From a virus (Duplodnaviria; Caudoviricetes): a DNA stretch of 60,572 nucleotides. Position 1 is the first letter of the stretch. The number at the start of each line of letters is the position of its first letter. Where the stretch lies: positions 1 to 60,572 of the IMG/VR virus record IMGVR_UViG_3300038312_000257; one strand, given 5' to 3'. Of the stretch, positions 46,108-55,243 are shown one piece after another. The notes below the pieces were generated by a model that saw only the letters and a program-made list of their open reading frames with translations, had not been told where the DNA came from and did no database searches. The position numbers were made by a program, and so were the translations under genes.

Positions 46108-46393
46108 AATATTCCTCCTTTAACTCTTGGAATAATTTATTTATGTTTTCTCTCTGTTGCTTACTCATGAGCTTGTAATAGTTCTTAAACCACGCATTGT
46201 AATAATTAACAAATTCTTCTTCTGGTAAAATTTTAGCCAATTTCTTTAATTTTCTTCTCATTGCGGTTAATCTCTTTGTTTGACTATATCCAAAATCTCT
46301 AAGCAATAAATCTGTAATGTCTTTTCTTAGTCTGTAAAAATGCTTAATTACCTCGAACTGTGATTGTTTTCTTTTCCTTTTAGGAACGGACAC
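46100..46393 (-). pseudogene. Collapsed DGR remnant: Avd-like N-terminus fused in frame to RT-like C-terminus
   Basis: MSVPKRKRKQSQFEV...DLLLRDFGY resembles DGR accessory-protein starts; KRLTAMRRKLKKL...WFKNYYKLMSKQQRENINKLF resembles Firmicutes DGR RT ends; sits right after a VR. Confidence 0.7.
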
Positions 46394-46419
46394 GTTGAAC
46401 CCTCCTCGTTAGTAATCTC

Positions 46420-46434
46420 GCCCCACAAAGGGGC
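46420..46434 (-). other. DGR-type GC hairpin downstream of VR/IMH
   Basis: GCCCC-TTTGT-GGGGC, 5 nt after the target-gene stop. Confidence 0.6.
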
Positions 46435-46439
46435 TCGTT

Positions 46440-47327
46440 TTACGATATGGAGAAAGCGGGGCGCACGCCACGAGCGTCAGATGCGCTGGTGCTGTGCGCA
46501 ATGCCGCTGTAGTTCACAAACGCGAAACTCGTGCCAGAAGACACATCCCTTAACCAGTAAGCTTGTCTAGTATTAACCGTTCTAGGATTAAGGGCAAATA
46601 AAGGTAGTTGCGTCTTTTCTGTTCCGATATTGTATATCCCATATGTCGCATGACCATTTACAATAGAACCGCATACCATAATTTCATTCATCAGTTCAAC
46701 TTCGCTGTCAAGCCAAGCTCCTCCGCTTGCTGTGCCATCAGTTACAGCATTACACAAATATTTTCTATGATTAACTACATGCCCACTAAATACTGATTTT
46801 ATCGTTGTTTTTGCTTGTTCCAGTCCTTCTGTGTACATTTTAGAACCAATATACCCCCCTGTTGTAATGTTTGTATCATTCATTACATGGGTGTATAATT
46901 GCGTATCAGGTACAATTACTACGTGGTGACTTGTGCAAGCCGTATCACCAGTATTGTAGTAATAATCAAATGCGGCAATTCTATAGTTCACGCCGCCAAT
47001 AGTCCAATAATCGCCAATATATAAATCGGTAAATGCTCCAGTCGAAATAGCTAGGTATTGTTCAGCAGTTACTGACGAACCTAGATACTTGCCACGATAG
47101 ATGCTATTGTGAGCTACTGCATTATTTGTAATAAATGACGCATAATCTGCCATATGCGTAGCATGTTTGTCGAATAATTCATTAATGGCACCAACTATTT
47201 TATCTTTTACGGTTGTCTTTAAATTGGACAAAATTCCAATTTTGTTGCTCAGTTCTGCAACATCTTGTCCCGTTGTTTGCAGATATTCCCACGAACCATC
47301 TGCTTTTTGTCTTTTCAAGGTAGACAT
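46440..47327 (-). CDS. Receptor-binding/tail-fibre protein with C-terminal CLec-type DGR variable region
   Basis: GDYW..YRIAAFDYY; ends YWLRD...FAFVNYSG...ASDARGVRPAFSIS; ATG at 47327 with AGGAGG. Confidence 0.8.
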   Translation of the reverse strand: MSTLKRQKADGSWEYLQTTGQDVAELSNKIGILSNLKTTVKDKIVGAINELFDKHATHMADYASFITNNAVAHNSIYRGKYLGSSVTAEQYLAISTGAFTDLYIGDYWTIGGVNYRIAAFDYYYNTGDTACTSHHVVIVPDTQLYTHVMNDTNITTGGYIGSKMYTEGLEQAKTTIKSVFSGHVVNHRKYLCNAVTDGTASGGAWLDSEVELMNEIMVCGSIVNGHATYGIYNIGTEKTQLPLFALNPRTVNTRQAYWLRDVSSGTSFAFVNYSGIAHSTSASDARGVRPAFSIS

Positions 47328-47328
47328 C

Positions 47329-47544
47329 TTAAACCTCCTCAACAGTAGGTGTATCTCCCCATACCGCAAAAACGGCACTTAAGTATGGCTCTGGTATTTC
47401 TTCTGCTTCGATTCTACCTCGAGCACTGTTCATATACCCTTTGCGCCAGTTTTTGCCTATTTGTTCACCTTCGTCTGTAAATTTTTGATACAACAAACTC
47501 ACGCTATTCTGATTAAGCATGTCTACTGTATATTTTTCAATCAT
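47329..47544 (-). CDS. Tail-fibre chaperone-like small protein
   Basis: WRKGYMNSARGR..IPEPYLSAVFAVWGDTPTV. Confidence 0.6.
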   Translation of the reverse strand: MIEKYTVDMLNQNSVSLLYQKFTDEGEQIGKNWRKGYMNSARGRIEAEEIPEPYLSAVFAVWGDTPTVEEV

Positions 47545-47556
47545 TTTTTCATCCTC

Positions 47557-48972
47557 CTACCTGTAAAACGACAAACTAAAATAAATTTGAGAATTGTTTG
47601 CAAAATTTGCATCGGATAAATTTGTCAAACTTCCATCTTCGGCACTTTGCAATGGATTGATAGTAGTACCTAGCGCAAAAGCCTGAATATCCCCGGAAAA
47701 CGTTATTTTACCAGTTACCAAGGTCGTTGCAACTCTTGCTTTTTCCTCGGTCGAAAGAGTTACAGGTAACCCCGTTATGGAAACATCACCCGTCGCGCTA
47801 CCTTTTGATGTAAGCTGTATGAACCCTTTTATGCTCCAGAAATTACCTACCCTCACATATGAGGCGCCGGTCGTGGTATCGTCATAAGTTATGCCTGTAG
47901 TCAGGCCCCCGAAAGATATTCCTGGTGTCCAGGTACCTTCCTCGTAATCAAGATTGCCTTCATGCCAGAGCGCATGTTTACCAGGGCCAGTCTTTAAAAT
48001 CCCATTGTCCATTATTAACACATCTTGAATCCAGTTTGAATTATCTGAATTAGCTTGCATAAACTCCACATAATTTGGAAGCGCTATTTCATCGCCATTG
48101 AAAGCGCCGCCAGGATTAGTAAAAGGGTCTATTCCTATTGCTATAGCCTTCTTCCGTGACACTTCGGAAGATAGTTCTCCTAGCTGAATACACCTATAAA
48201 AGTTACCGTCATACCCAAACATAGTCTCTCTTATAAGGTTTAAAACGGGGCCTTTAAACCATTTTGAAAACCCCATCTCTAGGTCGCCGGTCATAGCGCC
48301 ACCTGATTTTCGCACCGCAGCTTCGCTCAATGCGGCAACCTCATTGTTTAAATCATCAAAAACCGTACCTTGATACAAGTTGTCACTGGTATCAAGCCAT
48401 AGCCTTCCTTCTTTAACGCCATCCGGGGGAGTGGATTGCTGCACTATGGGTTTATCCATAACCCCGTCCCAGGGCACATTGTCAGCCAAGTCAGCCCTAT
48501 CCACTATTCCGTCATTGTTTTTGTCATAGATAGATTTCACCATGTCCCCGAGCCCGGCCTCGCCCAACTCATCGGCAGTTACATACGGAACATCATTTTC
48601 AAGCTGACTTACTTTGGTGGGAATGTCGGCCCCACTTAACTTGGCGTTCCAGTCTGCCTTCTCTGTATCGGTCACGAACCTGCGGGTAGCGTCCTCAGTA
48701 ACCATGGCAGCAGGATGAGCTGCTGGATGAGTGTAAACTGTATCAGTGAATACAGCACCAGCGGGCACATCAGTTAAAACTCTACTATTGTCCACCTTAT
48801 TGTCCAGGGCCACTTGTACTGCGGTGCTGATGGGCTTATCCAAGTCGGAGGTATCGTCTGCGTTCCCCAGCCCAACATCCGCCTTAGTTATCCCGTGAGG
48901 GTTTTCGGCATTTAAGTGCGTTTCAATTTTCTCTTCTGCTTTTTTTGCCTTAGCAAAGGATATGATATCCAT
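47557..48972 (-). CDS. Tail fibre protein
   Basis: NPHGITKADVGLGN, YTHPAAHPA, YEEGTWTP...YVRVGN. Confidence 0.8.
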   Translation of the reverse strand: MDIISFAKAKKAEEKIETHLNAENPHGITKADVGLGNADDTSDLDKPISTAVQVALDNKVDNSRVLTDVPAGAVFTDTVYTHPAAHPAAMVTEDATRRFVTDTEKADWNAKLSGADIPTKVSQLENDVPYVTADELGEAGLGDMVKSIYDKNNDGIVDRADLADNVPWDGVMDKPIVQQSTPPDGVKEGRLWLDTSDNLYQGTVFDDLNNEVAALSEAAVRKSGGAMTGDLEMGFSKWFKGPVLNLIRETMFGYDGNFYRCIQLGELSSEVSRKKAIAIGIDPFTNPGGAFNGDEIALPNYVEFMQANSDNSNWIQDVLIMDNGILKTGPGKHALWHEGNLDYEEGTWTPGISFGGLTTGITYDDTTTGASYVRVGNFWSIKGFIQLTSKGSATGDVSITGLPVTLSTEEKARVATTLVTGKITFSGDIQAFALGTTINPLQSAEDGSLTNLSDANFANNSQIYFSLSFYR

Positions 48973-49217
48973 TAAATCACCACCCAACTTGTCCCATCAG
49001 TTTGCCATATCTCCTGGGTCTGCACCGCCATAAAAACAGCTCCAACAGGAACGGCATTGGCAGCGGGCCTGTCGCCGATAGTCGCTCCGTAATAATCCAT
49101 TTGGGTTGCCGCTCCCTCATAAGGCACGAACCTTTTTTTAACAGAATCCCATGCTTGTGGGATAGGCGCCCCTAACCTGTCGCGCAAAATAGTTGTATCT
49201 TCCCATGGATACGCCAT
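48972..49217 (-). CDS. Small tail-associated protein
   Basis: RPAANAVPVGAVFM..DGTSW. Confidence 0.55.
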   Translation of the reverse strand: MAYPWEDTTILRDRLGAPIPQAWDSVKKRFVPYEGAATQMDYYGATIGDRPAANAVPVGAVFMAVQTQEIWQTDGTSWVVI

Positions 49218-49236
49218 TCCCTATCACTCCTTTTTG

Positions 49237-50721
49237 TTATTCGTTTACGGCAAACGCCGGAAACAAGAAGTACATCTCTTCTTGCTTTGAAACAGGCACC
49301 TTTGAAATAGGCGCCTTAACGCGCGGCTTACTTTTAATTTTGTATGGAATCATTAGTCCCCTGACTTCACACGGTCCCTCTGCCTCGTGCGCGAACTTAG
49401 GAGAAATATAACGCCATCGCCCGCGCATTTCCATAGGAAACCGGTATTCTCTGGCTAGGCCGTCATTAGCAGCGGGCTCCATGTGAACATAATTGTTATA
49501 GTCCAGGGACAACAACAAAGTTACCTCTTCTTCTGTATCAGGCGAATCCTCTACAAACGCCTTTTTTGCTTTTTTTAATCGGTAGGCATCATTTTGGTCA
49601 AAGCTCCGTCCCACCCAATAAGCGCTTATGGGTAGCCCAAAGTCTAAGTATCCCACATCTTGCTGAATTACCTGCCCTTCAATTGCATGGCCAGAATAAA
49701 GGACAGGGCGACCACCAGCAACAATAAACTCTTGAAAGCAAGAAGCCTCTATGTTGTCCATTGGCCAAAACGTGCCTTTTCCTGGGTCGCAGACTATAAT
49801 TAGGTTGTTTGTCGTACTGCCATCAACCGGCAACGAGAACCAAATCTGATTATTCCACGCAGTAACCGCAGCCCCGTAAAGTCGGCTGGAATTCACCCTC
49901 TGCCATAACTTGGGTATTTTTCCCTCAGAAATGTTTACGGCTCGAAGCCCGTTAAACTGATACAGTCCTTTTTGGCTAACAAAATAAACATACCCGCCAA
50001 ACTCCTTGGCGGCAAACGGACCAACGCAACCTACACTATGCTCTAATGTTTCCGAGCGAAAGTCATCTAAATTAGTCCCCCTCAGAACATGAATTGAGCG
50101 ATTCTTAAAAACAAGTAGAGCGTTTTGGTACTCCATGAGGTTGGTTATCCTATCGCCGTCACCCTCAGCAAACGACCAATAGTTAACTTCGGGCCATTCC
50201 TCGGGATAAAATGATTCAGACCACCACACCTGCGAAGGCTTATGAGACGGGTTCACGAATAACTTTTCCTTGTACAGAACGGGAAACTGCGCCAACCTTG
50301 GAGCATTGAGCAGCTGAGTTGCCTCTGAGCCGTTATATTTAAAAGCCTGCGTTTTGCCATCAAATCCCACCATGTAGTTTGCGCAAGTTTCAAAGCGCAC
50401 CGGACTGGTTGTAACAAAACCAGTATATATTTCTATAAACTGTTTATTTATTGGCTCCCACCTGTATACTTTGCCACCCGAAGCCACAATAAACTGTTTT
50501 ATGTTTGGCTCTAAATAGAAGGCATACAATCCTTGTATTTTTCCTGGGAAAACGGAGCTGTCGAGGCGCACCTGTCCCTTTCTTTTACGTAAACGCCCAG
50601 CCTCCTTACTTATAAAGTTCCTGCAGTCACGGGCCGCTGATTCTGGCAGGAGATTATCGTCTACACTGTCGATGTATCCTTCTGAAAAATCCGCTATGCG
50701 CCAATCTTGATAACCTCCCAT
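49237..50721 (-). CDS. Podovirus tail nozzle/stabilisation protein (beta-propeller-like)
   Basis: N-terminal ARDCRNFI..GRLRKRKG; LLVFKNRSIH; GCVGPFA; follows the adaptors. Confidence 0.7.
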   Translation of the reverse strand: MGGYQDWRIADFSEGYIDSVDDNLLPESAARDCRNFISKEAGRLRKRKGQVRLDSSVFPGKIQGLYAFYLEPNIKQFIVASGGKVYRWEPINKQFIEIYTGFVTTSPVRFETCANYMVGFDGKTQAFKYNGSEATQLLNAPRLAQFPVLYKEKLFVNPSHKPSQVWWSESFYPEEWPEVNYWSFAEGDGDRITNLMEYQNALLVFKNRSIHVLRGTNLDDFRSETLEHSVGCVGPFAAKEFGGYVYFVSQKGLYQFNGLRAVNISEGKIPKLWQRVNSSRLYGAAVTAWNNQIWFSLPVDGSTTNNLIIVCDPGKGTFWPMDNIEASCFQEFIVAGGRPVLYSGHAIEGQVIQQDVGYLDFGLPISAYWVGRSFDQNDAYRLKKAKKAFVEDSPDTEEEVTLLLSLDYNNYVHMEPAANDGLAREYRFPMEMRGRWRYISPKFAHEAEGPCEVRGLMIPYKIKSKPRVKAPISKVPVSKQEEMYFLFPAFAVNE

Positions 50722-50741
50722 TAGTCAAGCCCCCTCAAAGA

Positions 50742-51386
50742 TTATTCACCGGCAGAAAAGCCAACCTGGGATAACACGCGAGCTTTACGCAGCAACCTGC
50801 GATTCTGGGGCTCCATGTTCCAGATGCGGTCCATCGCCATGCAATTTCTACCCCGAAGATATTCGGCGTAGAAATCGTTTTTATCGTCAAGCTCCTCCTC
50901 TTTCTGTTGAGATTTGGCGCATACATACGCGACAACCAAGGGAACATATTGCTCCGGTATGTCAATCTCACTCACTAAGCCGGTCATATCAGGCCTGGCA
51001 TGATTTAGTTTGCGATAAAAATTAACCTTTGCAGAGACCGATGTCAATTCTCCCAGGTTTTGCAGTATCAGGGCATTTGCCTCCTGCCTCCATCCACGCG
51101 AAAACGTATTTCCACTAGGCAACCTGCGTAGCTGCGTATACAAACTAGAGTCGTCTTTAACAAAAACATCCAAAATCTCATGATAGTTTCCCAAGTCAGA
51201 TTCATTTAAAGGCAAGGTAGCCGTGCCATTAACCGGCGCTAAAGCAATGTTTTCTTTTGTAATTAGCATTTTAGCTATTGGAGTTAAGTCGTCCAGGGCC
51301 AAGTTGATGTAGTGGACCCAAGTATCTACCTCGTACACTTCATCAGATTGTATCTGAGCTAATTCAATAACATCCTGTACTTTCAC
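50742..51386 (-). CDS. Head-tail adaptor protein
   Basis: YINLALDDL...IPEQYVPLVVAY. Confidence 0.65.
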   Translation of the reverse strand: MKVQDVIELAQIQSDEVYEVDTWVHYINLALDDLTPIAKMLITKENIALAPVNGTATLPLNESDLGNYHEILDVFVKDDSSLYTQLRRLPSGNTFSRGWRQEANALILQNLGELTSVSAKVNFYRKLNHARPDMTGLVSEIDIPEQYVPLVVAYVCAKSQQKEEELDDKNDFYAEYLRGRNCMAMDRIWNMEPQNRRLLRKARVLSQVGFSAGE

Positions 51387-51408
51387 TTTTTATAACCTCC
51401 TTATGAAG

Positions 51409-51978
51409 TTAAACATAAGGCCTGAGCTTTACATTTTTGGGCCTACGCCCGCGCTGGGTGTCAATTTTCTTAAACATCATCCGCTCTCTCTCAGCTTCAC
51501 CCTGCCAATACTGAACATCCGTAGTTGGCCCCTCTGTTTGCAAGAGGGTCTTCCAAGTAGCAAAGGCCACTAAAAACTCATCACTATACGGCACAGGATT
51601 TTCGTCAGTTAGGTTTACCATTTGTAGGGATTTTTCAGTATACACTATTTCTATCTCTGCTGAGGCTATAGGCGGTACCAGATATAAGTTCTCCTGGTCA
51701 TCCGTCCAGTAGACTGGGTATCCGTTACTGTCTTGCTGAGGTATGTTGCTCTCTCCGTATTTGTATAGTCGGTGATTGTTCAAATACACGTTGCGAATTA
51801 CCAGGTAATCGTCAGGAAGGGGTGCAACCCCATCTTTAACCGTAGTTTTTTGCCTTTTGACGGTCTCTTTCTCAGTATCCAACTCCAGTAGCCCCTTATT
51901 GAGGTAACGGATAATATCCCCCTCATAACCGTTCCCAGTATTTTCAATTACTACATCCCTCAATTCACCTAAGACCAC
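51409..51978 (-). CDS. Head-tail adaptor protein
   Basis: YLNKG...LPDDYLVI...GYPVYW...LYLVPP. Confidence 0.65.
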   Translation of the reverse strand: MVLGELRDVVIENTGNGYEGDIIRYLNKGLLELDTEKETVKRQKTTVKDGVAPLPDDYLVIRNVYLNNHRLYKYGESNIPQQDSNGYPVYWTDDQENLYLVPPIASAEIEIVYTEKSLQMVNLTDENPVPYSDEFLVAFATWKTLLQTEGPTTDVQYWQGEAERERMMFKKIDTQRGRRPKNVKLRPYV

Positions 51979-51981
51979 GAC

Positions 51982-52389
51982 CTAGTACACCCCCTCTGCC
52001 GCCTTTTTAAATTCCGAGCGGTTCTCCCTGGCCCAAGCATTAATCTCCGAGCGCCTGCGAGCCTCGTTCTGCTTTTCTTTTTCCTCGTTCTCCCGGTCCA
52101 TCTCCTGAATAATTTCCTTGACGCTCCTGGTTTTTAGGTTGGAGCGCCGAAAAACCTCAATGGTTCGAGCGTCGAGCTCAGAGTAGGGGACAGAGAAGCA
52201 AAAAGTAGTTCCATGATTGGCCAGGGAATGAACCTCGTAGCGCTGAGTTATTTTGTTGAAACATACAAAGAGACTGGGGTCTATTTCCTCCAGCCTCTTT
52301 GGAATGTCGCAAATACTGTTTTCTAAGACCAGCAAAAAAGGCTTTCCTTGAAGCCTGTTATGAATTTCGTTAAGCTTGAGTTGATTCAT
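51982..52389 (-). CDS. Hypothetical virion-module protein
   Basis: ORF in late operon with RBS. Confidence 0.65.
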   Translation of the reverse strand: MNQLKLNEIHNRLQGKPFLLVLENSICDIPKRLEEIDPSLFVCFNKITQRYEVHSLANHGTTFCFSVPYSELDARTIEVFRRSNLKTRSVKEIIQEMDRENEEKEKQNEARRRSEINAWARENRSEFKKAAEGVY

Positions 52390-52406
52390 GAAGCATCATA
52401 CCTCCA

Positions 52407-52739
52407 CTACCACCCGAAAGCTACGATTCTGGCTTTGACTTCGCTCTGGTCGGACTTGTTGGCCGCTTCCGCCAATACAGTTGTGTATTCAAGGGGGTCG
52501 CCCTCCGTAGTTGTCGCCAGCCCCAAGATTTTTATTTTCTCGTTAGCAAAGTCGTATTCCCAGAACTTTCCTGCAGAGGGATTCTTCGGCAAGATGTTTT
52601 CGACCACATTAAGCCCTAACTGCTTGGCAGTTAGCGGGTATCCGCCGGTTGGATAACTAGCGTCTCCGGCCAGCTCCGCTACAACCCCAAACGCGTTGCC
52701 AAATTTTATTTTTCTGATTAACTTCACATTCATTGCCAT
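52407..52739 (-). CDS. Putative capsid decoration protein
   Basis: Directly follows the MCP; SYPTGGYPL motif. Confidence 0.55.
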   Translation of the reverse strand: MAMNVKLIRKIKFGNAFGVVAELAGDASYPTGGYPLTAKQLGLNVVENILPKNPSAGKFWEYDFANEKIKILGLATTTEGDPLEYTTVLAEAANKSDQSEVKARIVAFGW

Positions 52740-52822
52740 TTACCTATACCTCCCAAAACTAAAATAGAGGGGGCACGGAGCCCCCTCATATTGTAAAATT
52801 GTCTATAAAACCAAGTCGATGT

Positions 52823-54031
52823 CTAGTGCTCAGTAATGTCAGTAATCAGGGCCTGTCCTCTGGGACGCTGGCAACCGATATCGCAATACTTGACCAGGGT
52901 AGCCTCCCATGCGGGACGATTGGCTACTCTCGACATAATAGAGCCATCCCTGTCCATCCAGTTAAAGTCAGTCATCTGATACATCGCCCAATCGGACAAA
53001 TCTATTAACTGCATCTGTTGTACTGGAATATACTTGTCGGCAACCAGGGGAATCCCGTTATAAGAGAGTCCTTTGAATCCACCCTTAAGGTCCAGGGTGT
53101 TCACGGTCTGCTTGGTTGCGGCCAACAGGTCAATATAGGCTCTACGAACTCCCAGGGAAGTCTGGATGTAGTTAATAGTTGAGCCGGTTCTGGTTTCGCA
53201 CAGGTCAATCATTTCCTGTATCACATTTTCGGAAATCTCCCCATTAAGAGCCTTGACCTGAGGTTTCAGCCAGGGGTACACGGACTTGTCGATGCCGTAC
53301 AGAGTTCCAGTAGTAGCGAAAATGGCCCCGGCTCCAGTAAGCTCAAGGTCTTTGTTTCCAGCTACTGTCAAGTAAGCAGTAGCCTTTACGTTAGCAGAGA
53401 TGTCCTTGGTTACGACAACTTTTATCTGATTAGCGGAGTCATCAACATAAACAACCTCCAGCTCGGCGGCATCGGCCACAGCGTTACCGTCAGCGGCATA
53501 CAGGTCAACAAACATGCCCTCAGCCAAGTACATGACCGTGTCCAGGGTAATCGTCAGGAGTTTGGGCGGACCTGCTGCGTAAGCGGAATCCGCGTTTACG
53601 GTAGCAATTTTACCGGTTCCATCTCCTAGCACCTGCCTGGATAGGTCCAATTTAGCGTCAATTTCGCAATCGGAAATCTCGGTTTCCAACATATTTGCAA
53701 AAGCTCCGACACTGGACTTAGATGCTTCGATAGTCTTATCGGTGATTCTAAAGCGGGAGAAGAAGTTTTTGGTCTCCCATTTTGCTTGTTTTGTCTTGCG
53801 GGCGTTGGGGGTCGGCAGCAATCCATCATCTGCGCGGTTCCCAATACCACCGGTGCGGCCATACCGCAAGGCCATGACAATGTCTTTACCTACAACATTC
53901 TCGCTGGTTTTTTCAATCTGAGCCAAAAAAGCGCTCGCTTTATCATTCAGTTGATAGCGCAGTCCATCCAGGTAAAAGCTCTTTAAAGCCTCCTGGACCT
54001 TGGTCATATTTGTACCAATATAAGTAGGCAT
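52823..54031 (-). CDS. Major capsid protein
   Basis: Position after scaffold; 402 aa; GDGTG, LKGGFKGLSYNGIPLVADKY. Confidence 0.85.
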   Translation of the reverse strand: MPTYIGTNMTKVQEALKSFYLDGLRYQLNDKASAFLAQIEKTSENVVGKDIVMALRYGRTGGIGNRADDGLLPTPNARKTKQAKWETKNFFSRFRITDKTIEASKSSVGAFANMLETEISDCEIDAKLDLSRQVLGDGTGKIATVNADSAYAAGPPKLLTITLDTVMYLAEGMFVDLYAADGNAVADAAELEVVYVDDSANQIKVVVTKDISANVKATAYLTVAGNKDLELTGAGAIFATTGTLYGIDKSVYPWLKPQVKALNGEISENVIQEMIDLCETRTGSTINYIQTSLGVRRAYIDLLAATKQTVNTLDLKGGFKGLSYNGIPLVADKYIPVQQMQLIDLSDWAMYQMTDFNWMDRDGSIMSRVANRPAWEATLVKYCDIGCQRPRGQALITDITEH

Positions 54032-54049
54032 TTATTAATTCCTCCTATT

Positions 54050-55102
54050 CTAACCCCCCTGCAAATAGGCCTTAAATGCCCTGGTGGCATCTTTCACGGA
54101 CCGTATCTCAGAGGGTGGCGTTGAGGGAGCTGCGCTCCCTGGGTGCGAGCCAATCATAGCTGGCTTAGGTTCTTTGCTTATTTCTTCGGAATAGGTTTTT
54201 AATACAATTTTTTGCAGCTCGGGATTTTTGGATAATTGCTGCAAAAAAGCCGGGTCTTTTAGCATGTCCTCCATTTTGGGTTGAGCTGCCCTCTCGGCAT
54301 CCAGCACCTGCGCTTTGGCCATCAAATAAGCAGCCTCCACAGCGTTCGGAAGATTTAAAAACTCAACAGGTTGTTCCCGTAAAATCTCGGCAGCCTTTTC
54401 TCGATAACTTTCAAAGTCCGAATACTTTTGCTGTACTTCTCCGACCCTGTTTTCCCAAAAAGCGCGCTCCTGCTGCTGCTCGAAGAAGTTCACGACTGGC
54501 TCCAACTTCTGCATCTGCGGCGAGAGGGCGTCTTTTACGGTTCCCTGAAAAAGCTCTTGCAGGGCTTCCTTTGGGTTTTCGTAAAACTTCTCGAACCACT
54601 GTTCAGAGTTGAACTCCTCTTGCTCTGGGACAACTTCTTCCTGGGCCTGAGCTAGTTGCTGAGTTTGTGCTTGCTCAAGTTGGTGAATTTTTTGCATCAA
54701 CTCTTGCACTTGCTGATTTTGCTGACCCATCCTGTTGCCTTGTTCACCAATTTTCTTCTCAGCGTTTACATAGCTCTTAACCAGAGCGTCGATATTGGGG
54801 GTCCCGTCGGAATTTAAAAACTTCTGGGGAATCTCCACGGGGGGTTCTGCTTGTTCTGCTTGTTCTGCTTGTTCTGCTTGCTCCTGACTCTCTGCGGTCG
54901 CTTGTTGCCCTGGAGCAGGCGGCTCCGCTGGTTCAGGCTCCGTAAAATAACTCATAACTGCTTCTCTGCGCTGGTCCCTGGTAGCGTTTTCGTAATCAAA
55001 AGCTGCCGGTTCCGCGCTTACTTCGACAGCGCCTTCTGTTTGCCCTTGCGGCTCTGCGGCTGCCGGTGCAGAGTTCTCCGCGAATAACTGTAAATCCATC
55101 AT
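54050..55102 (-). CDS. Capsid scaffolding protein
   Basis: DLQLFAE N-terminus; Q/E-rich; KSYVNAEKKIG; EQA tandem repeat. Confidence 0.75.
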   Translation of the reverse strand: MMDLQLFAENSAPAAAEPQGQTEGAVEVSAEPAAFDYENATRDQRREAVMSYFTEPEPAEPPAPGQQATAESQEQAEQAEQAEQAEPPVEIPQKFLNSDGTPNIDALVKSYVNAEKKIGEQGNRMGQQNQQVQELMQKIHQLEQAQTQQLAQAQEEVVPEQEEFNSEQWFEKFYENPKEALQELFQGTVKDALSPQMQKLEPVVNFFEQQQERAFWENRVGEVQQKYSDFESYREKAAEILREQPVEFLNLPNAVEAAYLMAKAQVLDAERAAQPKMEDMLKDPAFLQQLSKNPELQKIVLKTYSEEISKEPKPAMIGSHPGSAAPSTPPSEIRSVKDATRAFKAYLQGG

Positions 55103-55243
55103 TTTTTCCTCCTTTGCGGCCTTTCGGTTCTCGCATTTATTTAAAAGATTGAAACTGTCTTGCCCGCTGGCCCCCTCCCTCGGCCATAAAAAAAGCGGGC
55201 ATATTTCCCACTCGTGTCCTATCCTTTTATTTTTTGTTGCCTG

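Noticed and set aside
46100-47327. Active DGR
   Set aside because: No RT catalytic core or template repeat found in the window; reported as a remnant.
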